The notes beneath the pieces were generated by a model. The model had not been told where the DNA came from and did no database searches. It saw only the letters and a list, made by a program, of their open reading frames with translations. Positions 28,001 through 38,400 of a stretch of 64,000 bases of DNA are shown piece by piece (the first letter of the stretch is position 1; each line of letters begins with the position of its first letter). The stretch spans positions 17,703 through 81,702 of the forward strand of contig PNJK01000005.1 of assembly GCA_013821825.1 (NCBI GenBank), in the 5' to 3' direction. Source of the stretch: Rhodobacter sp. GTDB taxonomy: Bacteria; Pseudomonadota; Alphaproteobacteria; Rhodobacterales; Rhodobacteraceae. The position numbers and the translations under genes are program-made.

Positions 28001-29251
28001 ATGACTGACCTTGCCTGCGGCATCGACTTCGGCACCTCGAATTCCACCGTCGGGCTGGCCGATGCCAGCGGTGCGCGCCTGCTGGCGCTGGAGGGGGGCT
28101 CTCCCATATTGCCGTCTGCGGTCTTCTGGCGGACAGAGGACGCCCCACCGCTGTTCGGCCGCGCTGCAATCGCGGCCTATCTGGAGGGTGATGAGGGTCG
28201 CCTGATGCGGGGGCTGAAATCCACCCTCGGGTCGGGGCTGATCCACGACAAGACGGCTGTCGGGGGCAGGGCGGTATCCTTCCGCGAGGTGTTGGCCCGT
28301 TTCATCGGCCATCTCCGCGCGGCGCAACAGGCGGCCGCACCCGGGTTGGACCGGGTTGTCATTGGCCGTCCTGTCCATTTCGTCGACGATGACCGGGCCG
28401 CCGATACCGCAGCCGAGACCGTCCTGGCCGAGATTGCGCGCGATTGCGGCTGGAAGGAGGTCGCCTTCCAGTACGAGCCCATCGCTGCCGCCCTGCATTT
28501 CGAACAGACTGTCCGGCACGAGGAACTGGTTCTGATCGTCGATATCGGTGGCGGCACCTCTGACGTCTCGGTCGTCCGCGTCGGTCCGGGCAGGGCGAGA
28601 CTTGCCGACCGTGGCGGCGATATCCTGGCCAATGACGGCATCCGCGTCGGCGGCACCGATTTCGCCCGCCTGTTGTCGCTGGCCGAGGCGATGCCGCATC
28701 TTGGTTATCTGGCGCCCACCAAAGGGGGTGGGACGATGCCCCGGCATTACTACCTCGATATTGCCGCCTGGCACCGGATCAGCGCGCTTTACACTGCCCG
28801 CACCGCAAGCGACCTGAAGGCACTGCGCCTTCAGGCTCACCGCCCGGAGCTGATCGAGCGGATGATCCGCACCGTTGCCGGCCGGCACGGCCACGCGCTG
28901 GCGATGCGGATCGAGGCGGAAAAGGTCTCGCTGTCCGATGCCGCAAGCACACGCCTGCCCATGTCATATCTCACGGGCGGTCCGAACCCGATGGTCGCCC
29001 GTGCCGGGTTTGAGGCGGCCGTCGAGGTGCCTGTCGCCCGCATCCGTTCCCTTCTGACCCGGGTGCTGGCAGACGCCGGTCTTGGAGCCGACCGGATCGG
29101 CACCGCCTTCCTGACCGGTGGCTCAAGCCAGTTGCCGATCCTGCGCAGCACGGTTCTCTCTGTCGTTCCCAATGCTGACATCGTAACGGGTGACATGCTG
29201 GGGTCGGTCGGCTCCGGCCTTGCGCTTGCGGCACGTCGAAGCTTTGGCTAG
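28001..29251 (+). CDS. Hsp70-family ATPase, YegD-like (nucleotide-binding domain protein)
   Basis: 416 aa. The actin-fold motifs are CGIDFGTSNSTVG, LIVDIGGGTSDVSVV and AFLTGGSSQLP. Confidence 0.8.
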   Translation: MTDLACGIDFGTSNSTVGLADASGARLLALEGGSPILPSAVFWRTEDAPPLFGRAAIAAYLEGDEGRLMRGLKSTLGSGLIHDKTAVGGRAVSFREVLARFIGHLRAAQQAAAPGLDRVVIGRPVHFVDDDRAADTAAETVLAEIARDCGWKEVAFQYEPIAAALHFEQTVRHEELVLIVDIGGGTSDVSVVRVGPGRARLADRGGDILANDGIRVGGTDFARLLSLAEAMPHLGYLAPTKGGGTMPRHYYLDIAAWHRISALYTARTASDLKALRLQAHRPELIERMIRTVAGRHGHALAMRIEAEKVSLSDAASTRLPMSYLTGGPNPMVARAGFEAAVEVPVARIRSLLTRVLADAGLGADRIGTAFLTGGSSQLPILRSTVLSVVPNADIVTGDMLGSVGSGLALAARRSFG

Positions 29252-29322
29252 GGACGGCTGATTTCCGGGGCTTGCGAAGCCATCGGTTTCGGATCACGGT
29301 TTACGGAAAATGGAGTTGCCCC

Positions 29323-30489
29323 ATGCCCGTCAAGAACCGTTTCGCCGAACTTCTTCCCGAGATTACCGCCTGGCGGCGCGACTTTCATGAAAACCCCGAG
29401 CTCTTGTTCGAGGTCCACCGCACCGCCGCCAAGGTGGCCGATCTGTGCCGCAGCTTTGGTTGCGACGAGGTGGTGGAGGGTATTGGCCGCACCGGTGTCG
29501 TGGCTGTTATCAAAGGGAAATCCGACAGCAAAGGCCGCGTGATCGGACTTCGCGCCGACATGGACGCGTTGCCGATCAAGGAACAGACCGGCGTGCCCTA
29601 TGCCTCGAAAACCCCCGGCAAGATGCATGCCTGCGGTCATGACGGCCACACGGCGATGCTCCTCGGCGCGGCCAAGTATCTGGCCGAGACGCGCAATTTC
29701 GACGGGACCGTAGTCTGCATTTTCCAGCCTGCTGAAGAGGGCGGCGGTGGCGGGCGCGAGATGGTTCAAGATGGCCTCATAACGCGTTGGAATATCGACG
29801 AGGTTTACGGCATGCACAACATGCCCGGCATTCCGGTCGGCCAGTTCGCCATCCGTCCCGGCGCGATGATGGCCGCCGCCGACCAGTTCGAGATCGTGGT
29901 GACTGGCAAGGGTGGCCATGCCGCCAAACCGCATGACTGCGTGGATACAACCGTGGTGGCCGCGCATATCATCGTGGCGCTCCAGACCATCGCCAGCCGC
30001 AATGTCGACCCGCTGAAACAGGTCGTCGTCAGCGTCTGCACTGTGGAAACCGACTCGACCGCCCACAACGTCATCCCGCAGGTGGTGGCGATGAAGGGCA
30101 CTGTCCGTACCATGAATGCCAAGGTGCAGGATTTCGTCGAGGCCCGCATCGGCCAGATCGTCGAAGGCACCGCCCTTGCCTTGGGCGCGCGGGCCGAAGT
30201 CCATTACCACCGCGGCTATCCGGTGACCGTAAACGCCCCGGAAAACACTGAATTCGCAGCAGAAGTTGCGATGGCTGTCTCGGGAAAGGTGGATACCGAC
30301 ACTGCCCCGCTGATGGGGGCCGAGGATTTTTCGTTCATGCTGAACGAACGCCCCGGCGCCTACATCTTTCTGGGCAATGGCGACACTGCCATGGTCCACC
30401 ACCCGGCCTACAACTTCGATGACAGCGCAATTCCCTTCGGCTCCAGCTGGTATGCCGGGATGGCCGAAGCCCGGATGCCCACCGCATGA
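29323..30489 (+). CDS. M20D amidohydrolase (hippurate hydrolase / N-acyl-L-amino acid amidohydrolase type)
   Basis: ATG 29323 gives 388 aa. Readable segments are WRRDFHENPEL, LRADMDALP, MHACGHDGH and FQPAEEGGGG. Confidence 0.85.
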   Translation: MPVKNRFAELLPEITAWRRDFHENPELLFEVHRTAAKVADLCRSFGCDEVVEGIGRTGVVAVIKGKSDSKGRVIGLRADMDALPIKEQTGVPYASKTPGKMHACGHDGHTAMLLGAAKYLAETRNFDGTVVCIFQPAEEGGGGGREMVQDGLITRWNIDEVYGMHNMPGIPVGQFAIRPGAMMAAADQFEIVVTGKGGHAAKPHDCVDTTVVAAHIIVALQTIASRNVDPLKQVVVSVCTVETDSTAHNVIPQVVAMKGTVRTMNAKVQDFVEARIGQIVEGTALALGARAEVHYHRGYPVTVNAPENTEFAAEVAMAVSGKVDTDTAPLMGAEDFSFMLNERPGAYIFLGNGDTAMVHHPAYNFDDSAIPFGSSWYAGMAEARMPTA

Positions 30490-30845
30490 TCGGCGCGGGT
30501 CTTACCGGCCTGATTGCCCTTCTGCACCTCTTTATTCTGGTGCTGGAGATGTTCCTGTGGGAGACGCGCCTTGCGCGGCGCGCTTTTGGCACCTCCGAGG
30601 AATTTGCGATCAATACCAAAGTGATGGCCGCCAATCAGGGCCTATACAATGGGTTCCTGGCCGCTGGCCTGATCTGGGCACTTTATCTGGGCCTGCCGGG
30701 AGAGGGGCAGGCCATCGCGATCTTCTTTCTGCTCTGCGTGCTGCTTGCCGGCGTCTACGGTGGGCTGACCGCCGCGAGCCGCATTCTTTATGTTCAGGCG
30801 CTTCCCGCCGGTCTGGCCTTGCTGGCAATATTTGCGGGACTCTAG
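30486..30845 (+). CDS. DUF1304 family small membrane protein
   Basis: 119 aa with 4 hydrophobic helices. The N-terminus is HLFILVLEMFLWETRLARRAFG. The ATG overlaps the upstream stop (ATGA). Confidence 0.7.
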   Translation: MIGAGLTGLIALLHLFILVLEMFLWETRLARRAFGTSEEFAINTKVMAANQGLYNGFLAAGLIWALYLGLPGEGQAIAIFFLLCVLLAGVYGGLTAASRILYVQALPAGLALLAIFAGL

Positions 30846-30913
30846 ACTGCAATAAATTGCGTCAACCGCGCGACATGCGTGCTAGCCTTCCCTGAAATTG
30901 GGGGGGTCCGGCC

Positions 30914-32464
30914 ATGTACAAAAGCCCGCTTGCGGATGTGCCGCTGCGCGATGTCAGCATTACCGAACGCCTGTTCGAGGGTCTGGCCGGGCGACCGGAC
31001 CAGCCGGTTCTCATCGACGGACCCAGCGGGGCCAGCCTGACCGGGGCTGGCCTGCGCGACCGGATCGAGCGTCTTGCCGGCGGGCTTGCGGCCGAGGGCA
31101 TCGGTCCGGGGTCAGTGATTGCGCTGATGGCGCCGAACATGCCGGACTACGCGGTAATCTTTCACGCTGCCGCCTTTGCCGGGGCGACGGTCACCACCCT
31201 CAACCCGACCTACACCCCGCACGAAGCTGCGCACCAGTTGAAGGATTCAGGCGCGGTCCTGATGTTTACCATCCCGGCCTTCCTTTCCGTTGCGACCACA
31301 GCGATCGCTGGCAGCGCGGTGCGGGAAATCGTGACCATCGGCGAAGCCAGCGGTCACCGGTCGATCGAAGACCTTCTTGGCCCGCAACTGACCGCGCAGG
31401 TCCCGGTCGATCTCGACCGCCATGTGCTGGCGCTTCCGTATTCCTCGGGTACGACGGGGCTGCCGAAGGGTGTGATGCTCAGCCATCGCAATATGGTGGT
31501 GAACGTCGATCAGGGCCTGGCGCTGCTGGATGTGCAACCGGACGAGACCACGGTTGCCTTTCTGCCGTTCTTCCACATCTACGGGATGAATGTGCTGATG
31601 AACACGTATCTGGCGCATGGGGCAGCCCTTGTCACCATGCCGCGCTTCGATCTTGAAGCGCTTCTCGGTCATATCCAGCGCCATCGCGTGGAACGGCTGT
31701 TCATCGCCCCCCCGGTGGCCATCGCGCTGGCCAAGCATCCTCTGGTCGACCAATACGATCTGTCATCGCTGAAGCTGGTCATGTCCGCTGCCGCCCCCCT
31801 GGGCGCGGAAGTGGCGGAGGCGGTCGGCCAGCGTCTGAACTGCGCGGTGATCCAGGGCTACGGGATGACCGAGCTTAGCCCCTTGACCCACGTGGTGCCG
31901 CACCGCAGTCCGCGCCCCGGCGCCGTGGGGATATCGGCGCCGAACACCGTGACCCGGATCGTCGATCCCGCTACCGGGGCCGATTGCGCACCCGGCGCGG
32001 AAGGCGAGGTCTGGGTAACGGGACCGCAGGTGATGATCGGCTATCTGGGTCGACCCGAGGCGACCGCCGCGATGATCGAAGGCGGCTGGCTGCGCACCGG
32101 CGATCTGGGGGTGGTCGATGCCGACGGCTATCTCTTCATTCGCGACCGGTTGAAAGAGCTGATCAAGGTCAAGGGCTTTCAGGTTGCCCCCGCCGAAGTG
32201 GAGGCGGAACTCCTCGGCCTTTCGGGCATCGCCGACGCCGCGGTGATCGGCGTTCCGGATGACGAAGCAGGCGAACGCCCCATGGCCTTCGTTGTCCGCC
32301 AGCCTGGCAGCGACATCACTTCTGACGCCATCCTTGATGGCCTGCGCCCGCGCCTTGCCAGTTACAAACTGCCACTGCGGGTCGCCTTCATCGACGCTGT
32401 TCCCAAATCTGCTGCCGGCAAGATCCTGCGACGGCTCTTGCGTGACAGGCTGGCGGAAGGCTAA
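30914..32464 (+). CDS. AMP-dependent synthetase/ligase (4-coumarate-CoA ligase-like acyl-CoA synthetase)
   Basis: 516 aa. The AMP-binding motif is LPYSSGTTGLPKGVMLSH. The downstream motifs GYGMTE, WLRTGDLG and GKILRR are also present. Confidence 0.9.
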   Translation: MYKSPLADVPLRDVSITERLFEGLAGRPDQPVLIDGPSGASLTGAGLRDRIERLAGGLAAEGIGPGSVIALMAPNMPDYAVIFHAAAFAGATVTTLNPTYTPHEAAHQLKDSGAVLMFTIPAFLSVATTAIAGSAVREIVTIGEASGHRSIEDLLGPQLTAQVPVDLDRHVLALPYSSGTTGLPKGVMLSHRNMVVNVDQGLALLDVQPDETTVAFLPFFHIYGMNVLMNTYLAHGAALVTMPRFDLEALLGHIQRHRVERLFIAPPVAIALAKHPLVDQYDLSSLKLVMSAAAPLGAEVAEAVGQRLNCAVIQGYGMTELSPLTHVVPHRSPRPGAVGISAPNTVTRIVDPATGADCAPGAEGEVWVTGPQVMIGYLGRPEATAAMIEGGWLRTGDLGVVDADGYLFIRDRLKELIKVKGFQVAPAEVEAELLGLSGIADAAVIGVPDDEAGERPMAFVVRQPGSDITSDAILDGLRPRLASYKLPLRVAFIDAVPKSAAGKILRRLLRDRLAEG

Positions 32465-32553
32465 GCGGCGGCGGGCGGTTGCCGACTGCCCTTTCTGGCG
32501 CTTGCCAGCCGGTGCCAGGCCCATGTTAGGCTTCGGCCGACAAGGGTAGCCCC

Positions 32554-34218
32554 ATGATCACGCGACGCAAGTTCCACTTCCGTATGCTCGCGGCCCTGAC
32601 GGCGCTGGCGTTGCCAAGGCCCGGCTGGGCTGCGGGCGGCGCCGAAGCCGAGAGGCTGTGGCTGAACCGGCTGACCTTCGGCGCGACCGGGGCAGAGGTG
32701 GATCGCGCGGGCCAGTTGGGGCTTCCGGCCTGGCTTGACTGGCAACTTTCGCTGCCCGCCACGGATCCGGGACTTCAGGCCCGGCTGGACGCCGCGCGGT
32801 TGCGGATCGACTATGAGGCGGGCGAGGATGAGTACGGCAACAGCTGGCCCGCACTGGATGAAATGCGCCCTTTGTCCAGCCTTGCCGCCGACCCTGCCGA
32901 TCTGGTTCGCCTGCAGGACTGGGGGCCTGGCAAGGGCATGGATTACACCGAACGCATCCGCCCCGCGCATGAGGTGGTTGCCGCCTCGCTGATCCGTGCG
33001 GTTCATGCCGAGGCCCAGCTGCGCGAGGTGATGACCCAGTTCTGGCATGATCATTTCAACGTCAAGGCGACCAAGCACGAAGAGACGGCAGTTTCCTTCC
33101 CCAGCTACGATGCCACGCTGCGGACCCATGCGCTTGGCAACTTCCGCCTGCTGCTGGGAGAGGTCGCCCGGTCGGCGGCGATGCTTTACTACCTCGACAA
33201 CGCCGACAGCATTGCGTCGCCTGCCAATGAAAACTACGCGCGCGAATTGCTGGAACTGCATACGCTCGGGGCGGGCAACTATCTGATCGACCGCTACTCG
33301 GACTGGCGCGCTGTGCCGGGGGCGACGGACGGGCTGGCCGAGGGCTATCTTGATCTGGACGTCTACGAGGTCGCGCGCGCTTTTACCGGCTGGTCCGTCG
33401 GCGATGGCCGAAAGCTGGCCGAGGGCGAGGCAGCGCCACGCACAGGCCGGTTCCACTATGTCGACCGCTGGCATGACCCCTACCAGAAACGCATCCTCGG
33501 GCGTGAGTTTTCCCCATATCGCGGACCGATGGAGGATGGTGACGAAGTGCTGGACATGCTTTCCAGTCATCCCGCCACAGCCCGCTTTGTCTGCGAGAAA
33601 CTGGCGCGCCGGCTGCTGTCGGACGACCCGCCGCCCGCGCTGGTGGACCGCATGGCCGGTACATTCCTGGCCACCGTCGACGCGCCCGACCAGATCGCGC
33701 AGGTGCTGCGGGTCTTGGTCCTTTCGCCGGAATTCGAGGCACCGCCGTCCAAGCTGCGCCGCCCGTTCGAGTTTCTTGCCGCCCTCTACCGCGCCACCGG
33801 GGTTGAAGTCGTGACCCCGCAAAACGAATGGGCCTTTCAGTTATCCGGCGCAGGCTGGCACCAGCATGACCATGGCCCGCCGACCGGCCATCCAGACCGT
33901 CTGGAGGCCTGGACCGGATCCAGCACCCTGAACCGGATGGTGGATATCGCACTTTATGCCCATGAAACCTGGTTCGGGGGAACGGCTTCCGATCTGGGCA
34001 CGCTTGCCACCGAGGACGAGGCCGCCATGGATTTCCTGCATCGGCATGCCTCGGCCCTTGCACCCGAAGTTGCGGCATCGGCTGTGGCTGAAGTGGCGAC
34101 GGTCTACGGCATCGATGCCGGCACCCCAGCCAGTAACTACGCCGCCGAAGACCGGCACGATGCTGCGGCCTCGGCCATCGCGTTCGCCGCGCTGACCCCC
34201 GAATTTCTGTTGCGATAG
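32554..34218 (+). CDS. DUF1800 family protein with twin-arginine signal
   Basis: 554 aa. The Tat leader is MITRRKFHFRMLAALTALALPRPGWAAG. The DUF1800 core as I recall it is present: MTQFWHDHFNV, LRTHALGNFRLLL, MLYYLDNA, NENYARELLELHTLG. Confidence 0.75.
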   Translation: MITRRKFHFRMLAALTALALPRPGWAAGGAEAERLWLNRLTFGATGAEVDRAGQLGLPAWLDWQLSLPATDPGLQARLDAARLRIDYEAGEDEYGNSWPALDEMRPLSSLAADPADLVRLQDWGPGKGMDYTERIRPAHEVVAASLIRAVHAEAQLREVMTQFWHDHFNVKATKHEETAVSFPSYDATLRTHALGNFRLLLGEVARSAAMLYYLDNADSIASPANENYARELLELHTLGAGNYLIDRYSDWRAVPGATDGLAEGYLDLDVYEVARAFTGWSVGDGRKLAEGEAAPRTGRFHYVDRWHDPYQKRILGREFSPYRGPMEDGDEVLDMLSSHPATARFVCEKLARRLLSDDPPPALVDRMAGTFLATVDAPDQIAQVLRVLVLSPEFEAPPSKLRRPFEFLAALYRATGVEVVTPQNEWAFQLSGAGWHQHDHGPPTGHPDRLEAWTGSSTLNRMVDIALYAHETWFGGTASDLGTLATEDEAAMDFLHRHASALAPEVAASAVAEVATVYGIDAGTPASNYAAEDRHDAAASAIAFAALTPEFLLR

Positions 34219-34226
34219 GCAGTCCC

Positions 34227-35381
34227 ATGGCGCGCGATCCTATCCTTGTGGTGATCTTCCTGCGCGGCGGCGCGGATGGGCTGGCACTGGTCTCTCCCAG
34301 CTCGGATCCAGATCTCATCGCAGCGAGGCCGGAAGACCTGCGCGTTGCCCGAGAGGGCGACAGGGCAGGGCGGACCATCCGGCAGGACATCGCAGATGTC
34401 GATTTCCGCTTTCATTCCGCGGCGGGACCCCTTGCAGACCTTTACGACGCGGGCGATCTGTCACTGATCCACGCTTCTGGCCTGCCCGAGGCGACGCGCA
34501 GCCATTTCGACGCCGAGGCCCGGATCGAGCGCGGCCTCTTCGGCGCGGCCCTGCAGCCGGGTGACCCCTCGGGCTGGATCGGGCGCTGGTTGCAGGTGGC
34601 CGTGCCCGAAGGTCCGATGCCGGCGCTGGCTGTCGGGACCATGCGGCCTGACAGCCTCTTGGGCGCAGAGGCGGCAGTAGCCGAAACCCTTGGCGATCTG
34701 ATGCTGGCGCAGGGGAACTGGCTGGCCCCGGCCCTGCGCGCGCGCCTGCTGGAGGGCTTTGGCAACCACGGTCCGCTTGTGAAACCGGTGACCGAGCTGA
34801 TCGGTCTGTCCGACATGATCGGCAGCCGCCTTTGGTCTGCCGAGGCAGGCGAGATGCGGCCCTACCTGCCCTCGGTGCCTTATCCCGAAGGCAATCGCGT
34901 CGGCCAATCCCTGATGACCGTCGCCCAGACGATAAAAGAGGATCTTGGCCTGCGCGTGGCCACCGTGGACGTGCCCGGCTGGGACACCCACATCGCGCAG
35001 GCTGGGCAGTTCGCCGCGCTGACTGGCGGGCTGTCGCAGGCCGTCATGGCGTTCTGGCGCGATCTTGGGCCATCGCAGCAAGATGTGTCGGTCGTGGTGA
35101 TGAGCGAGTTTGGCCGCCGGCTGCGGTCGAACTCGGCCGGGGGCACCGACCATGGGCGCGGCAACGTGATGATGGTTCTGGGTCCGCAGGCGCGCGGCGG
35201 GCGGATGGTCGGGGCCTGGCCGGGCCTGGCCAACGATGTACTTGCGGAAGGGGCGGATCTGGCCGTGGTGACAGATTACCGCGCCGTTCTGGCGGAACTT
35301 CTGCGCGGGCACATGGGGCTTGCCGATCCTGGCGCGGTCTTTCCCGGCTTGGCCACGACGCCGCTTGGTCTTTGGGGTTGA
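34227..35381 (+). CDS. DUF1501 family (sulfatase/phosphatase-fold) protein lacking an N-terminal signal
   Basis: 384 aa starting directly with MARDPILVVIFLRGGADGL. Also readable are VMSEFGRRLRSNSAGGTDHGRGNVMMVLG. It starts 8 nt after the DUF1800 stop. The track shows no upstream start codon in this reading frame. Confidence 0.75.
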   Translation: MARDPILVVIFLRGGADGLALVSPSSDPDLIAARPEDLRVAREGDRAGRTIRQDIADVDFRFHSAAGPLADLYDAGDLSLIHASGLPEATRSHFDAEARIERGLFGAALQPGDPSGWIGRWLQVAVPEGPMPALAVGTMRPDSLLGAEAAVAETLGDLMLAQGNWLAPALRARLLEGFGNHGPLVKPVTELIGLSDMIGSRLWSAEAGEMRPYLPSVPYPEGNRVGQSLMTVAQTIKEDLGLRVATVDVPGWDTHIAQAGQFAALTGGLSQAVMAFWRDLGPSQQDVSVVVMSEFGRRLRSNSAGGTDHGRGNVMMVLGPQARGGRMVGAWPGLANDVLAEGADLAVVTDYRAVLAELLRGHMGLADPGAVFPGLATTPLGLWG

Positions 35382-35474
35382 CCACTATCGTCCCGGTCTT
35401 CGGTCTTGGCTCGGGCTTGCGGGACGTCTTCGTCTCGCCGATACTCGTACGGGTTGAATGGTGGCAGGGGTCGC

Positions 35475-38400
35475 ATGGGACGCACCGGGCAGCTTGACGC
35501 GACCGCACCCCGACCTCAGCGGATCGAGGGTCTGTTCATCGACCTGTTGCCCCGGCTGCTTGACCCTGGTCCCGAGGGTATCGACGCAGCACTTGATGAT
35601 GCGCTGGCCCATTTGGGCGTGGCTTTCGGACTGGACCGCAGCTTTCTCTTCCGGATTCGCCCGGACGGGTCGCATTACAACAGTCATGAATGGGTGGCCA
35701 CCGGTGTTGCTGCCTTGAAAGACGTGATGCAGGCGCTGCTACCCGCCGCACTAGAGACCTGGCGCCGTGCCTTTCAGGCCGGGGAAACCGTTGCAGTGAC
35801 AAATCGGGCCGACTTGCCGCAAGGGATGCCCGAGCGGCAGTTCCTGGACCGGATCGGTGTCGAATCCTCGTACATGCTGCCGCTGCGCGATGGGGACCGC
35901 CTGCTGGGCGTGATCGGTTTCGACAGCCAAACCCCGGATCGTGTCTGGGGCGAGGATGAAGTGTTTCTCCTGAGGTCGGTCGGCAAGGCGGTCGCCTCGG
36001 TCCTGATACGCCAGGAAGCGGCCGAGGCCGAGGCCGAAACCCGCCGCCACCTTGAGGCGACATTGCGGGCGTTGCCAGACCTGGTGATCGGGATTACGTG
36101 CGATGGACGTATCGCTGCCTGCCACAACGACCATCTGCCCTGGCTCTCCAGCCTGGTGCATGCCGGCATGGGGCGCCACGTCGGCGATGTCCTGCCCGAA
36201 CCGCTGGCCAAGGCCCTGACTGACCTGCTGGCCAAGCCGCTTTCCGCCCGCACCGCCCGTACCCGGCGCGTCGGAGTGTCGAGCCTCGTCACGCCGCATT
36301 GGTACGAGGTGTCCGTCGCCCCTCTGGCGGCTGGTACTGCAAAGGGTGAAACCATAGCGGTCGCGGTGATCCGGGACATGGCCTCGTCGCAGCCGACCAG
36401 CGAGATGGCTTCCTTCCGCGAAGGCCAGTTCACCGCCTTTTTCGAGATGTGCCCGCATCCGATCCTGCTGAACGATTTCGACACCGGCGAGCTTCTTGAC
36501 GGCAACCGCGCCTTCAAGCAGGTTTTCGGCTTTGATCCGCAGACTGCAGCGGACCGCGATGTCCGCCATATCCTGCTGGGAGATGCCGCTTGGGTGATCG
36601 ACCATGCGGTCGAGGCCCTGAAGTCCACGGGCAGCTACGGACCGGTCGAGGCCGTGCTGCGACGCGCCGACGGTCGCAGATTCCCCGCTGTTCTGCGCGG
36701 CTTCATGAGCATCGACCCGAACGGTCGGCGGCTGGTCTGGGCGCTGATCGAGGATGTGACCGACATTCGCGCGAAAGAGGCTGCGCTGCTGGTCGAACAG
36801 CGCGCGGTTGAGGCGACCCGAGCACGCTTTGAAGCCGCGATTGAAGCACTTGATGACGGCTTTGCAATCTTCGACGCCGATGACCGGCTGGTGCTGTGGA
36901 ACACGCCCTATACCCGGGTTTTCGCAGGCATTTCCGATCTGCTGGTCGTGGGTGCGCTTTACGATGACTTGCTGCGCGCGGCCATTGATCGGGGCATCTT
37001 CGGGGCCGAGGGCGAACGCGACGAGGCCAGCTTGCGCCGCCGCCTTGACCGGCCGCTGACAGAAATCTGGGATGGCGAGGATTCCTATGCCGACGGCCGC
37101 CTGATCTGGGTGCGCGAACGAGCCACCCCGTCGCGGGAAACCGTCGGGATCTATGAGGACGTGACCGCCCGCCGTCTGGCTGACAGGCGGTTGCAGCAGG
37201 TCGTCGACGGGGGCGAGGTTGCGGTCTGGGACTGGGGGGACGACACCGGCCTCATAGCCATGAACGATCGCTGGCAAGCGATGCTGGGGCGTGACGAGGG
37301 GATAGCTGATCTGCCCGCCCTCATGGCGCTGCTGCATCATGACGACCTGCCCGCCGCGCTGGAGGTCCAGCGCGCGCTGTTTCAGCAGGGAAGTGATGAC
37401 TTCGATCTCTTGAGCCGTATGCGCCACCGGACAGGCCATTGGGTCTGGCTGTTGTCGCGGGGCCGGGTGCTCGCGCGGCGCGCCGATGGCCGACCGCGCC
37501 GGATTTCCGGCATCACGCTCGACGTCTCGGCCCGGATCGAGGCGGAACAGCGCCTGACCCGGTTGATTGACGGGGCTGGGGTCGGCGTCTGGGAACATGA
37601 CCTGCGCAGCGGCCAGACCATCGTCAGCGACCGCTGGGCCGAGATTCTGGGCTACCGCGCCGCCGAACTGAACCCGATGCCGCTGCAGGACTGGCTGGGC
37701 ATTGTCCACCCCGCTGACGCCGAAGCTCTGATCGACCATGAAAGGCGGTGCTTTGCCGCCCGCGAGTGGGCCTACGAACATGAGTTGCGCGTGCGCCACC
37801 GGCAGGGGCACTGGGTCTGGGTGCTGACACGCACGCAGGCTTTCGAATGGGACGCGTCCGGCCAGGTGGTCAAGACCAGCGGCGTCAACATCGACATCTC
37901 GGCGGCGAAGGCCCTGGAGGCGGCACTGGCCCGCGAACGCGACACGCTGGCGCGGATCATGGAGACTTCGGTGTCGGGAATCGTCGCGGTCGATGGCGCG
38001 GGCCGGGTAGTGCTTGCCAATGCCGGTGCCGAGGCGGTGCTGGGCCGCCCCGTCGCCCCGCAGGACAACCTTCCGCATCTTCTCGCATTGACCGGCGTGA
38101 CCGACCGGATGGGGGCACCGGTCGCGTTTGCCGACTTTCCCGTCAACCGCGCGCTTGCGGGCCTTCCGGTGCAGCAGGACGTCCGCCAAACCATCCGCTG
38201 GCCCGACGGCACGCTGCGTGTGCTGTCGGTCAATGCTGCGCGGCTTTCGGCGCCGGGAACCGACCTTGCGGTGCTTTGCTCGCTCACCGACATCACCGAC
38301 GCTGTTGAAAACGAAGACCGCCTGCGCGCCGCGATGACTGCAGCCGAGACGGCAAACCGGGCCAAGTCGGATTTCCTTGCGGCGATGAGCCATGAAATGC

